This document shows, piece after piece, positions 39,382-48,916 of a stretch of DNA of 64,000 bases; within the stretch, counting starts at the first letter, position 1, and every line of letters begins with the position of its first letter. Below the pieces are notes generated by a model. It did no database searches and was not told the origin of the DNA. It worked only from the letters and a program-made list of their open reading frames with translations. Origin of the DNA: Opitutaceae bacterium (GTDB taxonomy: Bacteria > Verrucomicrobiota > Verrucomicrobiia > Opitutales > Coraliomargaritaceae). A program made the position numbers and the translations under genes. Where the stretch lies: the NCBI GenBank assembly GCA_051252375.1, contig JBPOFY010000001.1, forward strand, positions 96,001 through 160,000. Reading direction: 5' to 3'.

Positions 39382-41772
39382 TTATTTCGTCTCCATCCGA
39401 TAGGCACCATCCCAGCCCTCGGGAACACCGCTTTGAAGGAAAGAGCGACAGCGCTGCGCGATGACCGCTGATGGCGTCGTAGGGCCATAGCTACGTGAAG
39501 GCTCCAGCGGCTCCGACTGCTCAAGGCATGCGAGTGCTGAAGACCAATCTCCTTTGAAATAGTGCTGCAAGCCAGCCTCGTAATGCTCCTTGCACTTCGC
39601 TGCCTCAACTAAATCCATACTACCATCCCAAAGCTCAAACACTTCAACTGGCTTAGACCGTCCTTTCACGATGATGCGGTCCAATTTTCGATATTCTAAA
39701 TCAGGACAGACAGCTAACGCAGCCTGTAAGGTCACATCTGTCACCATGGTATAAATGCCATAAGTCTTCGCCCCGCTTTCGCAGCGAGCGGCTAAGTTCA
39801 CAGAGTCACCCATCATGGTGTAATTAAACCGGACACTACTCCCCATGTTGCCGATAACCGCATGCCCGGTATTCAACCCAATCCGTGTGCGCATCTGTAG
39901 AATCGCCTCGGGCCACTTGCCAGAAGCAGTCCATTGCTCACGCAAGACAGCATGTCGCTCTTGCATCCGTTGAGCGGCAATACAGGCACGTGCGGCGTGG
40001 TCCACCAAAGGAAGCGGCATGCCAAACATCGTCACGATTGCATCGCCAATATACTTATCCAGCGTCCCTCCTTCGACCTGAAGCGCATCTGTCATCGCAC
40101 CGAGATATTCGTTCATAAGTGCAACCAATTGATCCGGCGGCAACTCCTCGGAAAGCGCGGAAAAGCCCTCCACATCAGAAAACAAAGCGGTTATCTCCGC
40201 TTCAGTACCGCCCAATTCCGGGTCGCGCTGCGCTTCGACCATCTCATCAACCAACTCAGGCGAAACGTAAGCACCAAAAAGTGTTTTTATACGGCGCTTC
40301 TGCCACTCTTCGGTGCCGAGTTTAAGCAAGATTACGCCAAATGCGGCAGTCACACTGGCTCCGATCGGTGCGATTAAAGGCAACACCAAATGCCATGCAC
40401 TAAAAGCGACAAAAACAAAAATAGCATAACCGAGGACCAATATAATCGACCCGAATCGAGTGAACGATCGACCCCTCCCGCCCCAAACCGCGAACACCGC
40501 AACAGTGACAGCTAATATCGCCATCACCCCAAGGCCTTGAAAGACGTTCACCTGCGACACGTATGCCTCATCTGACAATGTGCGAAACAAGTTCGCGTGC
40601 AAACTCACCTTCGGAACAGGCTCACGATCATAGGGAGTCGGCGCGATATCTTTTAGTTGAGGATCCACTGGTCCGACGAAAATGACCTTATCTTTAAAAC
40701 GCTCAAACCACTGTTCCTGTTCAATTACCGCGGCGACATCGCCCGCTTTCGCGGCCTGACTCAATGCCGAGGCTCTCTCGCGCACGGTTTGCATGCTATA
40801 ATGCTCAGTCGGTCCAACAATGTCCCAGCCCTCAAACCAATTGACCTCAATTGATTGCTGCCCCACCAGTGGCACACGTCTAAAAACTTCACCTTCCTTG
40901 TAAATCACAAGTTCGTCAGCAGAGATTTCCACGTCATCCCCCTTCAACCCGTGAGCTGCCAAAAACAACTCCAAGCCCAGCGAATACAAAGTATGCTCCG
41001 ACTCGCGCGGAATTTGGTGCGGGGACCAGCCATCTTTATCAATAAGCGTAAAGTTCTGCTCATCTTCGACGACCTGAGGTTCGTTCAACACATCATACAG
41101 TTGATTCCGCATTCCAAACATCAAAATACGCGAATAAAGTTCCCCTTCGACATCAACAAAACCGACCACCCAGCGTGGGATCACTCCGCGCCCAAGAGTT
41201 TCATCGACATTCGCTAAGCCCAATCGCCCCACACCCCAATCAATGATTGGATAACTAGGTGATTCAGGAAAAGTATTCGTCCGCGGATCATCGAACCCCA
41301 TCCGAATTAACGGCACTATATCCGCACCCGTCGTGCCCGTATAGGCCGCAGCTAATACGACATTATCTCGATACTTACTGACGGCGTGCCCAAGCGCGAT
41401 ATCGCCCGCCCGCGCACGCTCTAAGTCCAACAAGGAGCCATGCCCAATCTGTGAAAAAATGATATCGACGCCGACCGCCCTTGCTTGACCAGGTCCTAAT
41501 AGCGCATGCAGCAACACGGCAAAATTTGCACGGTCCCAAGGTCGCGCACCCATCGATCCGACCGAATCGGCATCCAAATCCACATAGACAATCGGTGCGC
41601 TCGAAGCTCGCTCTCCACGCGCAAGATAACGCCAACGCATGGCTTCTTGCTCCAAGCCATCCAACAGACCGGATACGGTCAATATACCCCATAGTAATAT
41701 CGAACCAAGAATGATCCCGATATAATATAAACTATGCTGTAGGCGGTTCACGATGGAATCAAACTGTGCCAA
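39382..41772 (-). CDS. CHASE2-domain class III adenylate cyclase
   Basis: CHASE2-like PWDR...VGVDIIF, three TM helices, LFSDVEGFS, DKYIGDA, YTMMGDSVNLAARCES, VKGR; GTG start. Confidence 0.92.
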   Translation of the reverse strand: MAQFDSIVNRLQHSLYYIGIILGSILLWGILTVSGLLDGLEQEAMRWRYLARGERASSAPIVYVDLDADSVGSMGARPWDRANFAVLLHALLGPGQARAVGVDIIFSQIGHGSLLDLERARAGDIALGHAVSKYRDNVVLAAAYTGTTGADIVPLIRMGFDDPRTNTFPESPSYPIIDWGVGRLGLANVDETLGRGVIPRWVVGFVDVEGELYSRILMFGMRNQLYDVLNEPQVVEDEQNFTLIDKDGWSPHQIPRESEHTLYSLGLELFLAAHGLKGDDVEISADELVIYKEGEVFRRVPLVGQQSIEVNWFEGWDIVGPTEHYSMQTVRERASALSQAAKAGDVAAVIEQEQWFERFKDKVIFVGPVDPQLKDIAPTPYDREPVPKVSLHANLFRTLSDEAYVSQVNVFQGLGVMAILAVTVAVFAVWGGRGRSFTRFGSIILVLGYAIFVFVAFSAWHLVLPLIAPIGASVTAAFGVILLKLGTEEWQKRRIKTLFGAYVSPELVDEMVEAQRDPELGGTEAEITALFSDVEGFSALSEELPPDQLVALMNEYLGAMTDALQVEGGTLDKYIGDAIVTMFGMPLPLVDHAARACIAAQRMQERHAVLREQWTASGKWPEAILQMRTRIGLNTGHAVIGNMGSSVRFNYTMMGDSVNLAARCESGAKTYGIYTMVTDVTLQAALAVCPDLEYRKLDRIIVKGRSKPVEVFELWDGSMDLVEAAKCKEHYEAGLQHYFKGDWSSALACLEQSEPLEPSRSYGPTTPSAVIAQRCRSFLQSGVPEGWDGAYRMETK

Positions 41773-41792
41773 TCAACAACAAATGCCAAGCC

Positions 41793-42725
41793 TCAGAACA
41801 AATCCGCTTCATAAGCCGAAGGCGGACGTGCGACGCCTCTAAACTCAGTCACCGGTGCCGCCCTCGCTGAATACTCAATCGCATATGGACGTTTCACCTG
41901 AAGGTTTGATGCATCTACTCGATCAGTTACAATCTTTTCTACTGCAGTAGACTGCTTATAAACCAGCGGGACAGTCTCAGCCAATAAAGCTTCTTGAGAG
42001 ATGTCCATTGTAGTCAATTCCGCGGCTCGACTCGAGTAACCTTCAAAATATTCAGTCGCCACTGAAGTTATTTCAGCGACTTCCACTGAAGGAGTTCCAG
42101 CTGCGCCCGCGCCACTGATTCGCTGACCCGAACGAATCGTAAATATACGCCCAGTTAGATCGACCATCCGCACCACCCCGTCGACACATTGAACTTCAAA
42201 TCGATAGGTCCTTTTGCGCTCATCTTTTGTCAGCTCGATCATCCAAAGCGCATGCTTTTTAGCGGCGATCCGGCCGACAGGAGTTTCCACGGTCAGTTGA
42301 GATGCTTCACTTAATTTCCGCTGATCGACCAGTAGCCCGCCAGCTCGAAGGTTTAGAATCATTCGACTCTGAGCAGACTCCTCTTCGCTAGCCAACCAAT
42401 CGCCAGAAAAGTCTGCGTTTTGCTCAAATCGCTCAATAGATAAATATCCCCTGCCTCGATAATCCAATAAAACAGAATTCGATGCCTTTAATAGTAATCG
42501 CTCAGAATGGTCTGCGTCGACAGACCACAGGCCACCTACATAATGAGGTAAACTAGCCGCACTCACTGGCACCTTGGCTCCTCCAAGTTGCTCCAGTTCA
42601 AGTCCCTCGTCCCAATGTGTTACGGCAACCGCACCCCGAACCCATTCCTGCTCAGATCCACGTGCCTGCAGCACAAAAAGACTTAAGGCAGTAACAACAA
42701 ATGTGAATACGTTTGATGGCGTCAT
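41793..42725 (-). CDS. Secreted FecR-like protein
   Basis: Signal peptide; LNLRAG.L, VETPVG, CVDGVV pattern resembles FecR beta-domains. Confidence 0.55.
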   Translation of the reverse strand: MTPSNVFTFVVTALSLFVLQARGSEQEWVRGAVAVTHWDEGLELEQLGGAKVPVSAASLPHYVGGLWSVDADHSERLLLKASNSVLLDYRGRGYLSIERFEQNADFSGDWLASEEESAQSRMILNLRAGGLLVDQRKLSEASQLTVETPVGRIAAKKHALWMIELTKDERKRTYRFEVQCVDGVVRMVDLTGRIFTIRSGQRISGAGAAGTPSVEVAEITSVATEYFEGYSSRAAELTTMDISQEALLAETVPLVYKQSTAVEKIVTDRVDASNLQVKRPYAIEYSARAAPVTEFRGVARPPSAYEADLF

Positions 42726-44674
42726 AGGATCAAAAGTTTTTGTTGAAGGCGTCGAGCGGCGACATTGTTAGGATTTACCTCTAAAGCAGTTTCCACATAG
42801 CGCAAAGCATCGGCTCGACTCTCTGGGAAATGGCTCAAAAATGCTGCCCAGTAATACAAAGCCTGGCTATTATTCGGGGCCAATTCAAGGGCTCGGGTCA
42901 AAGACTCCCGCGCAAGATCAATCTCCCCACTGAACGAGTAGGCGGTTCCTAGCTGCGACCATGCTAATGCATATTCATTACCGAGCTCCGTTGCCCGCTT
43001 TCCCGCGGCCACAGCAGCAGCGCCTATTTCTGCGAAATCTGCTGGAGCTTGATAAAAACGCTGGCAGTGCGCCGCGCTTAATCCAATCCACGCGTCCACA
43101 TTATCCGGATCCAAAAATACAGCATCCTCATACTTCAGAATAACATTCTTTAGAAGCTGAGTATTCCCAGATATGTGCACCCGTTGTTCAATTAAGTGCT
43201 CCATACGTTGCCTCGTTTGCAATTCTAGCGCTTGCGATTCCAACATAGGTGCTGCGTGCGCATATAGAACAAAAGCAAAAACAAAGGCACTCAAGGCATA
43301 CAGTAGTCGCGCACCCCCAGAACTACTTATTTTCATAAGGCGATTCATACTCGTCTTCACTAGAATAGCCAAAAAGAGCACGCCATACAGCAATAGACTC
43401 GGCACATAAAACACGAAACTAAAGAACGCGCACAACGCAAAAGCCATCAGTCCGGACAGACCGACTGTAAGGAAAAACTTCTCCGGCGGCATAATATTCC
43501 CTTTGCGATTTTTTAGTCTCAATCGCGCAGGAGTGGCTCTCCATCGTTTAACACTGGTCCGAAAAACCCAAAAGACCGGCACGCTCAACAACACGAAACC
43601 AACTATTCCATACTCAGTGAGCAGTAATAAATAATCATTATGCGGCGTCTGCGCGAAGGCCTCGAAAGTGATATCAGGGTGTTGCTCAAATGCCGTAGAA
43701 AACGCTCCGCCACCAACACCCAAGATCGGTGATTCCTGAATCAACTGACTCGCTCCGTTCCAAAGGACTAAACGCACGGCATCACCATCGGACGAAATCG
43801 CCTTCACGTAGCTTTTTTGAAACTTCGGATGTATAAAAGTAAGTAAAACTACCGAACACAGTAAAAGCACCGCCGCTATAACAGGTAAGATTACGCGCGG
43901 CTTCCACTTCTGAAAACATAGATAGGGTATCACTATGATGATCGGAACCATCACAAACAGTGGCCAATACAATTGCGTCATCACAAGTGCGATAAGAAAC
44001 ATCAAGGCCACATAGAGGCACATCAATCGCAGAATGCCCGGCAATCTTGGAACCGCCCCACCTATCAAGAAAACCGGCAATAATACCAATAGAAGGACCG
44101 CAAAAGAATTAGGATCCGCAAAGCAGCCCGTCGCTTGCCCTAGGAAATCGCCACTCAAACTAATGGAGTGATTCGCCAGCGAATCCGCTATTTTATCGGG
44201 ATTTTGAAAGAACTGAAAAAAGCCTATAAGCAGACCGTAGGCAGCAGGAATCAACGCAACCACAACCAAAGCCCACAAATGCGCACGAGTCCGCACGTTA
44301 TTTACAAGCACCCAGAAGAAAATAAAAGCTTCGAGACCATATACTAGCTCCATTCGCCCCAACCATGGCGTTGGACTCAACCAATTCACATTGATGACCG
44401 CCAAAGCAATAAATGGCGCAAAGAAAAAGGGGACATGGCTCAGTCGCTTTTGTGCTTCACCATCAACGGCCAACCAAATGCCATGCAAACTAAGCAGTAA
44501 TGCAAATAATGGCAGTAAAACCAAATGTGTATCGGCTCGCACCCCACCTAGGGAAACTGTAAACAAGGCAATGATACCCCCGAGGCAGAAAGTAACCAAC
44601 CAATCAAAAAAATTCCCCCAACTGAGGTGACCAAAGTAAGCGATGTTACCAGACTTATCAACGAGAGTAGGCAT
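42722..44674 (-). CDS. O-antigen ligase (Wzy_C) family protein with C-terminal TPR repeats
   Basis: Many TMs, GCFADPNSFA, R..LW, PILGVGGGAF, HNDYLLLLTEYG; TPRs AWSQLGTAY..RALELAPNN. Confidence 0.85.
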   Translation of the reverse strand: MPTLVDKSGNIAYFGHLSWGNFFDWLVTFCLGGIIALFTVSLGGVRADTHLVLLPLFALLLSLHGIWLAVDGEAQKRLSHVPFFFAPFIALAVINVNWLSPTPWLGRMELVYGLEAFIFFWVLVNNVRTRAHLWALVVVALIPAAYGLLIGFFQFFQNPDKIADSLANHSISLSGDFLGQATGCFADPNSFAVLLLVLLPVFLIGGAVPRLPGILRLMCLYVALMFLIALVMTQLYWPLFVMVPIIIVIPYLCFQKWKPRVILPVIAAVLLLCSVVLLTFIHPKFQKSYVKAISSDGDAVRLVLWNGASQLIQESPILGVGGGAFSTAFEQHPDITFEAFAQTPHNDYLLLLTEYGIVGFVLLSVPVFWVFRTSVKRWRATPARLRLKNRKGNIMPPEKFFLTVGLSGLMAFALCAFFSFVFYVPSLLLYGVLFLAILVKTSMNRLMKISSSGGARLLYALSAFVFAFVLYAHAAPMLESQALELQTRQRMEHLIEQRVHISGNTQLLKNVILKYEDAVFLDPDNVDAWIGLSAAHCQRFYQAPADFAEIGAAAVAAGKRATELGNEYALAWSQLGTAYSFSGEIDLARESLTRALELAPNNSQALYYWAAFLSHFPESRADALRYVETALEVNPNNVAARRLQQKLLIL

Positions 44675-44853
44675 ATACTAAGTAAACAGAGAGAAAAGGG
44701 GAGATTTTAGGCAATACAACGATGTGCCTGATTTAAACAAGAAATATCAGCCAGCACACCCGAAACAGTACACAAAAGGGAACCGAGACCCACCACCTGT
44801 TGACTTGAGTCTGTAGGCAATACTGTGTTCCATATCCACAAACTCTCCTCAAA

Positions 44854-45552
44854 ATGAAAAAAATCGTTCTCATCTCCGGCTTTCTAATCCTAATGACCGC
44901 ATTAGGATTACGGGCATATTTTGCTTTTGTCCCACCCCCTGAATCTACGCTTGAGCGCCAGTTGGCTGAAATCGTACCCGATAAACTCGATAACTGGGAA
45001 ATTAAGGACATGGATATGGCCGAATCACCCGAAATGAGTGCCCGGATTACCGACTTTCTTGATTTCGACGACGCACTGTTCCGCATATATCAAAAAGATG
45101 ACATCTTCGTCGGGCTCTACATTGCTTACTGGAGCCCAGGCAAGACATCCTACCGCTGGGCCGGATCACACACTCCAGACACATGCTGGGTGCAAAACGG
45201 ATGGACCCGCACTGATCGCGAATACAGCATTCCCTTCGAGTCCAACGCGACTCCTTTTGAACCGGCAGAGTACGGCGTCTTCGAAAAAAGCGGTAATTCC
45301 CAAAAAGTGTATTTCTGGCACCTCGTAGGCGGCAGCGCCTTCAGTTACAAGCAACAAGGCGGACACAACATATTTGCTTCCTTGATCGATATCAAGGACC
45401 ACGGGCTCAACCTGCGCCAGGAACAATTCTTCATTCGCCTGTCGAGCAACAAAAGCATCGAAGAATTAAAGCAAATCCAAGGCGTTCAGCAGATATTAGA
45501 CAGTCTTGCTGAAATCGGACTAGCAGCCGACACAGAACCCACTTCGAACTAA
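44854..45552 (+). CDS. Exosortase-associated EpsI-like protein
   Basis: N-terminal TM, LYIAYW, HTPDTCWVQNGW, VYFWH, FFIRLSS. Confidence 0.75.
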   Translation: MKKIVLISGFLILMTALGLRAYFAFVPPPESTLERQLAEIVPDKLDNWEIKDMDMAESPEMSARITDFLDFDDALFRIYQKDDIFVGLYIAYWSPGKTSYRWAGSHTPDTCWVQNGWTRTDREYSIPFESNATPFEPAEYGVFEKSGNSQKVYFWHLVGGSAFSYKQQGGHNIFASLIDIKDHGLNLRQEQFFIRLSSNKSIEELKQIQGVQQILDSLAEIGLAADTEPTSN

Positions 45553-45633
45553 ACCGAGGAAGATCGAGTCAAATTTCCATTCCGCGCATTTTGCGGTGTA
45601 TTCTTTCACCGCCACAGTTCATACAAAGCATCC

Positions 45634-46641
45634 ATGGAGCCAATCCCTAGCATACGCGTCGAGAATCTTACCCGTCAATACGGGGCGATCACCGCGATCC
45701 AAAATATCAATTTCACGGTCAACCCCGGAGAAGTCGTCGGATTTCTGGGCCCAAACGGAGCGGGAAAGAGCACAACCATGCGGATCCTTTCAGGCATCAT
45801 GTCTGCAACCTCCGGCTCAGCATGGGTCAGCGGCATCTGCGTCGCCCAAAATCCGCACGAAGTGAAGCGGAAGATCGGCTACATGCCGGAAAACAATCCC
45901 CTCCCCGACGATATGCGTGTGGTTGAATACCTTCGTTTCCGCGCACGCCTAAAAGAAGTCCCCGGCAGCAAACTCCGTGAAAGCGTGCAAGAAGTCATGG
46001 AAATTTGCGATTTGGCACGCACCGCTCGGCGTAAAATCATCGGCACGCTCTCTAAAGGCTTCCGCCAACGTGTGGGTATTGCGGATGCACTACTCGGCAA
46101 TCCTGAAGTAATCATCATGGACGAGCCTACCATCGGACTAGACCCACATCAAATTCAAGGCATCCGGACACTAATCGATAACCTACGCGGCAAGCTCACC
46201 GTCGTCCTCTCCAGCCACATTTTGCCCGAAATCGAACGATCTTGCGATCGGGTCATCATCATCAACCGCGGCCGAGTCGTCGCCAGCGGCACGAGCGAAA
46301 GTTTACGAGAAGAGTTTCTCCCCGGCAACCGTTTCGACGTCGAAATCGAAGGTAGTGAGCCAGACCTCTTGATTGCTCTAAAAGAGCACGGCATCACCTC
46401 CGAGATCATTCAGCGGCAAGAACTCGGCGATAATACTCACCGCCTTTCACTTCGCACAGAAGGTGACGAAACGAAAAATCTCGGCGCGCAATTAATTGCC
46501 GCGCTTAGCCAATCACCCAAATTTAAACTACACAGCCTCGCACCCCGCGTGCCGAACCTTGAGGAAATTTTCCTCGCAGCGACTAAGCGCTCTTGGGAAG
46601 AAACCATCGAAAATAAACCCAAAGCCGCCGCCAAAGCATAG
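45634..46641 (+). CDS. ABC transporter ATP-binding protein (GldA-like)
   Basis: GPNGAGKST, LSKGFRQR, IMDEPTIGLDP, LSSH. Confidence 0.95.
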   Translation: MEPIPSIRVENLTRQYGAITAIQNINFTVNPGEVVGFLGPNGAGKSTTMRILSGIMSATSGSAWVSGICVAQNPHEVKRKIGYMPENNPLPDDMRVVEYLRFRARLKEVPGSKLRESVQEVMEICDLARTARRKIIGTLSKGFRQRVGIADALLGNPEVIIMDEPTIGLDPHQIQGIRTLIDNLRGKLTVVLSSHILPEIERSCDRVIIINRGRVVASGTSESLREEFLPGNRFDVEIEGSEPDLLIALKEHGITSEIIQRQELGDNTHRLSLRTEGDETKNLGAQLIAALSQSPKFKLHSLAPRVPNLEEIFLAATKRSWEETIENKPKAAAKA

Positions 46642-46664
46642 ACAAGTATTTCCGCGACCACACA

Positions 46665-47429
46665 ATGAGACATTACTTCATACTGCTAAAGCACGAGCTA
46701 CGGATGCTGTTAATCAGCCCACCGACCTATATTGCTTCAGTCCTATTCCTTTGCCTCATGGGCTTTCTCTACTGGGCAATTCTTCGGGGCATGGTCAATG
46801 CTCCGGCAGACATGTTGCCTTCAGTCCAGTTCTTCAGTGTCTTCTGGATTCCCGTCTTTTTCGTCGTGCCCCTATTGACGATGCGTAGCATCGCTGGAGA
46901 GCGAAGTATTGGCACATTGGATACACTGATGACCACCCCCACCTCTCGCGTTGCGGTAGTGCTCAGTAAATTTTCCGGCGCCTATATCTTTTACATGCTT
47001 CTTTGGTTCGCGACGCTCGGCTTTCCCTTGATCGCAAATAAGTTATACCCGCAAGCCTCCGAGGGCGGCGCCATACTCGACATGGCCTCACTCACTGGCG
47101 GCTACCTGTTTCTCGCCACCAGTGGCCTGCTCTTCATCGCGATTGGCATTTTCGCCAGTAGCATCACCCGCAGTCAACTAGTCGCAGGCATGCTCTCTTT
47201 CACCACACTCTTTGTGGTCATCGTCGGCGGTCAGCAATTGGGTAATATCGCAGAAAACAGCGTCGACCTCGTTGTTTGGTTAGACGCCACCGTCAACTAC
47301 CTACAGATCTTCCAACACCTCGATGATTTCTCCAGAGGCATCATCGATACGCGCCCCTTCTTTTATTATACAAGCACCGCAGTTCTACTGCTCGGCCTGT
47401 CCACACTTGTCATCGAAGCAAAAGCCTAA
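46665..47429 (+). CDS. ABC-2 permease (GldF-like)
   Basis: PLLTMRSIAGER..GT...L.T.P, VLSKF, HLDDFSRGIID. Confidence 0.9.
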   Translation: MRHYFILLKHELRMLLISPPTYIASVLFLCLMGFLYWAILRGMVNAPADMLPSVQFFSVFWIPVFFVVPLLTMRSIAGERSIGTLDTLMTTPTSRVAVVLSKFSGAYIFYMLLWFATLGFPLIANKLYPQASEGGAILDMASLTGGYLFLATSGLLFIAIGIFASSITRSQLVAGMLSFTTLFVVIVGGQQLGNIAENSVDLVVWLDATVNYLQIFQHLDDFSRGIIDTRPFFYYTSTAVLLLGLSTLVIEAKA

Positions 47430-48910
47430 TGCAACGCAGTCGCTTTAACGAATTTAGAATCGCTCGACGTTTCCGTGTTTTTAACCGATCCGCGCAGATA
47501 CTGCTCGGTCTCAGCTTAATTATCGCGCTCAACTTCCTAGCAGCAAAATATTTTGGACGTATCGATTTAACAGAATCCGGCACTTACACTCTGGCTCCGG
47601 AATCTAAGGCCTACATACGAGAATTGGATGAACCGATTGATATCATCGTCACGATCCCCAATGATCCCGAGGTTCCCGAGCTTGTCCAAATACACCAACA
47701 CCTCCGCAAGCTGTTTCGCGAATACGAGGCCGCCGGCATGCGTGACGGACAGTCGTATGTGAACATCGAGTTCGTCGACATTTACCGCCAACGTAAGCGC
47801 GCACAAGAGCTCGCAAATGCCTACAAATTAACCGAGGAAAACATCATCCTCGTCGCGATGGGCGAGCGCACTCGTAAAGTGCGACAAGCCGAACTCTTCG
47901 AAGTCGAAGGCGAACAGATACGTGGCTTCCGAGGTGAAAAGGCAATCACATCCGCCGTCATTGATGTTGCCTCAAAGAAGGCAGACAAAATCTACTTTCT
48001 TGTCGGACATGGTGAAATGCGCCTCGACGATGTGGATGCGCTTCGTGGCCTATCGCAATTGGAAAACTTTTTGCGTGAGCGCAACTACTCCCTCGCCACA
48101 CTCGACCTTGCAGTCGACCCCGATGTCCCGGCAGACGCCGACCTCATAGTCGTGCCCTCCCCGCAAGCCAGTCTGCTACCTGAAGAAGTCGAGAAGCTCC
48201 GCCGCTACATGAGCGACCGCAATGGTCGCATGGTCGTCTTGATCGACCCGGGTCGCCGCCATGGTATGGATGAACTTTTCTATGACTGGGGCGTGCTCGC
48301 CGACGACTACTCCGTGATCGATGATGGACCAGACTACCGCGCACAAGGAGGCGACTTGATCATTCGTCGCTTTGCGGAGCACCCCATTACCAACTTACTC
48401 GTCGAATACCAAATCACCGCACTCTTTGGCATGCCGCGCCCCGTTCGCACAGACCCCGCGTCTCTCAACGATGAGCGCCTCAAAGTAGAGCAGATCGTTG
48501 GCACCTCTGAACTGAGCTGGGGCGAGCGCGACTACCGAACCCAAAATGTGATGCAATTCGATCCAGCGCGCGACCTCAAAGGCCCAATCAGTATCGCAAC
48601 GGTTTCCACTCGCAGTGCTGGCTCCGAGTTAGGAATCAACATTCCCGGCGGGCGCTTTGTCGTCTTCGGGAATTCCGACTTCATCACTAACAACCGACTG
48701 CGTGCATTCGGCAATCGCACGCTCTTTTTTAATTCCATTAATTGGGCACTCTCTAGAAATAGCTTGCTCAACATTGCCACGCGCCCACTCGAAAGCTATC
48801 AAATCGTAATGAGCCAACAAGACCTCAAACGTATGCTGCTTTACTTTGCACTCATGCCTGCAGGCACTGCCCTGCTCGGGCTATTCGTATTCCTCCTTCG
48901 CCGCCGATAA
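47429..48910 (+). CDS. GldG-like ABC auxiliary component
   Basis: RIDLT...YTL, YFLVGHGE, HPIT, VVFGNSDF, N..LFFNSINW, C-terminal TM followed by RRR. Confidence 0.88.
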   Translation: MQRSRFNEFRIARRFRVFNRSAQILLGLSLIIALNFLAAKYFGRIDLTESGTYTLAPESKAYIRELDEPIDIIVTIPNDPEVPELVQIHQHLRKLFREYEAAGMRDGQSYVNIEFVDIYRQRKRAQELANAYKLTEENIILVAMGERTRKVRQAELFEVEGEQIRGFRGEKAITSAVIDVASKKADKIYFLVGHGEMRLDDVDALRGLSQLENFLRERNYSLATLDLAVDPDVPADADLIVVPSPQASLLPEEVEKLRRYMSDRNGRMVVLIDPGRRHGMDELFYDWGVLADDYSVIDDGPDYRAQGGDLIIRRFAEHPITNLLVEYQITALFGMPRPVRTDPASLNDERLKVEQIVGTSELSWGERDYRTQNVMQFDPARDLKGPISIATVSTRSAGSELGINIPGGRFVVFGNSDFITNNRLRAFGNRTLFFNSINWALSRNSLLNIATRPLESYQIVMSQQDLKRMLLYFALMPAGTALLGLFVFLLRRR

Positions 48911-48916
48911 ATCCTG

